A stretch of DNA of 64,000 nucleotides, from assembly GCA_002189035.1 (NCBI GenBank), contig NEEC01000021.1:186001-250000 (forward strand), written 5' to 3'. Source of the DNA: Utricularia gibba. Its lineage: Eukaryota > Plantae > Magnoliophyta. This document shows positions 62,189 through 64,000 of this stretch, piece by piece. Made by a program: the position numbers and the translations under genes. Position 1 is the first letter of the stretch; each line of letters opens with the position of its first letter. Below the pieces are notes generated by a model. It did not search any database. It was not told the DNA's origin and saw only the letters and a program-made list of their open reading frames with translations.

Positions 62189-63557
62189 TCATTTCTCAAT
62201 GCCTTGTTGCAAGTATTGGATCAGATCGTAGCCAGCAGTGGTCCATTTGTTGTAGGCATCGGTGCAGGTGCGTATCATGAAGTTGGCAGCTTCGCGCTCG
62301 CTCATTTCGGGGTGGAACCTCTTCCGAAGATTGCCGATGGGGTCGCCGCGGCTGAAGCATGGCAACCCGCTGTCCAGCATCAGCAGCACCGTGTTTATGA
62401 TGCCATCCATGTACCGACGTGCTGCAAGATAGCCTTTCACACACAAGCTGCATGGAGGGAAGTTCATGTCAGCATGTCATATATGCAGCGAAAGAAAACC
62501 TCATGGGTGGGGAAACATGCCTCACAAACTGGTACCATGTGTCGCTTTTCATCACCCCTGATGGGTCCAGCAACTGCGTCATCTCATGGCTTAGTTTGAA
62601 ATGAGCACTCTCGAATCGCATGTTTCCACCAGGAGAGATTTCAAAAATGAATCCAAAATCGATATGTACAAGCCTACCTACCCTGCATTCAAAAATAGGC
62701 CACGCTTAGATTAAGCCAATTTGGTTGGTAGCTTCACAATTCAGAGATGCCGATGAAAGCTGAAGAACAAGCAAGATACAAAAAAAAAAAGCACAACAGC
62801 CCTGTTCTTTGGAAAATTTTGTGTTAACTGCGGGCAAGTCTTTGAACACCTAATCAGTTGTGTTAATTGTGTGGCTCCTGAATTATCTCAAAAAGTGAGC
62901 AGCAAGTAGCTTACTTGTCAAACAAAAGGTTTCCGTTGTGCCTATCTTTTGGCTGGAGCAAAAGACTTGCAACTGCATAGCCAGCACTGCTGATGAGAAA
63001 ATTCTCCCTTGCAGCTTCAAAGCCAGGGGATCCAACAGGACCAAAGTCCTGTTGGAAAATTTCATAAAGACCACCATCATTAATTTCACCCATCTGGCTC
63101 CTACTCCGTGCGTTGGGCACAACCTACCAGAGAGAATGGGTGAAACGTCATATTCAAAACTACAATAATGCCCAGAGTTGTAAGGGTTCATATGCATCTC
63201 AAATGTGCCATGTTGGTTTTCAGGATACTGAGTGAAAACACAATTCACCATACAATTACACCACCAGACTCTAAAGCTTTAAAACACCACCATGCAGAAT
63301 AACTGACCACATGAGAGAATAGCTTTAATAAATCCGGTTGACTATGCTGATGCGTAAACAAAAAATGTGCATCTAAAACTAACAGTTGATTTAACCAATC
63401 ATGTGAATGAATGTACCTCGATTATTCCTCTCCCAGGGCCAGTGGGGAGCACTCCATAAGGAAACAAATAGAGATTAAGTCCCACCGCTTCAAAAATGTC
63501 CCTTAGAAGTGAAATGACCTGCAAGGCTAGAACATCTTGCCTGCAGTCATCTCCGAC
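62189..63557 (-). CDS. PI4KA1: Phosphatidylinositol 4-kinase alpha, last four coding exons (gene continues beyond the window)
   Basis: Exons 63557-63417, 63123-62915, 62682-62521, 62447-62189; [38 protein letters not shown]; phases consistent; last intron GC-AG. Confidence 0.97.
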
Positions 63558-64000
63558 CTGTGTGTACCAACCCACAATTAAATGACATATCCGGTTATTT
63601 GAACAGAAAATCTATACTTAAAGGACATCATACATTAGACACAACTGCGACAAAGATTTCAAGATAATAAGTGGAGGCACAATTTTCTTGCTGATGCAGA
63701 TGGTCATGAAGGGTGGTAAAATTACAGCAATATCAATATAAGTGTACCGAGGACTTACAAAAGAAATTTGATTACAGGAGAACCATAACAGCAGCAACAG
63801 ATAAGATTGTATACAACGAGTTAACTAATTTAAGGTATAATTTAGCCAGAGAGGGTGATTGGAAATTGCATATCGCCACAGTATAGTGTATTCACTATTC
63901 TTCGAAACTCATTAAACCCTATTGACAGTCACTACTGCAGACTGGAGTTACTAAAGAGTTCTAGGCCAAAAACAGTCAACATACAGAAGCAAACGAAGTT

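Noticed and set aside
62196-62599. Overlapping ORFs at the PI4KA 3' end
   Set aside because: Alternative-frame and antisense shadows of a GC-rich coding exon.
1-64000. CRISPR arrays, prokaryotic operons or endogenous caulimovirus/geminivirus genes
   Set aside because: No constant-repeat/unique-spacer array and no movement, coat or Rep protein motifs seen; all prokaryote-like sequence is plastid-derived.
1-64000. Assigning the species or a parasitic/heterotrophic lifestyle from decayed photosynthesis genes
   Set aside because: NUPT decay occurs in ordinary autotrophs and the ABCI10 lesion may be an error; the sequence alone does not support the claim.

Overview
Flowering-plant nuclear DNA. 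The left ~45 kb is a nested transposon graveyard of Athila-like and chromovirus-like Ty3/gypsy LTRs, several decayed Ty1/copia elements, and hAT, Mutator and Harbinger remnants. Several insertions there still show target-site duplications. Interleaved with them, from ~7.5 to ~25.8 kb, is an old, scrambled and deletion-riddled mosaic of chloroplast DNA: ndhE-psaC-ndhD, psbB-clpP, trnV-GAC, two ycf2 pieces, rrn5 and rrn16. The right ~18 kb is gene-rich with short introns: RBP47 (+), a possible orphan 100-aa gene (+), LARP6C (-), tRNA-Ala(CGC) (-), ABCI10 (-, with an apparent 1-bp frameshift in exon 3), a broken Mutator transposase, and the 3' end of PI4K-alpha (-, with a GC-AG intron). Identifications come from translating the sequence by hand and from recalled family motifs and reference sequences; no database search was run.
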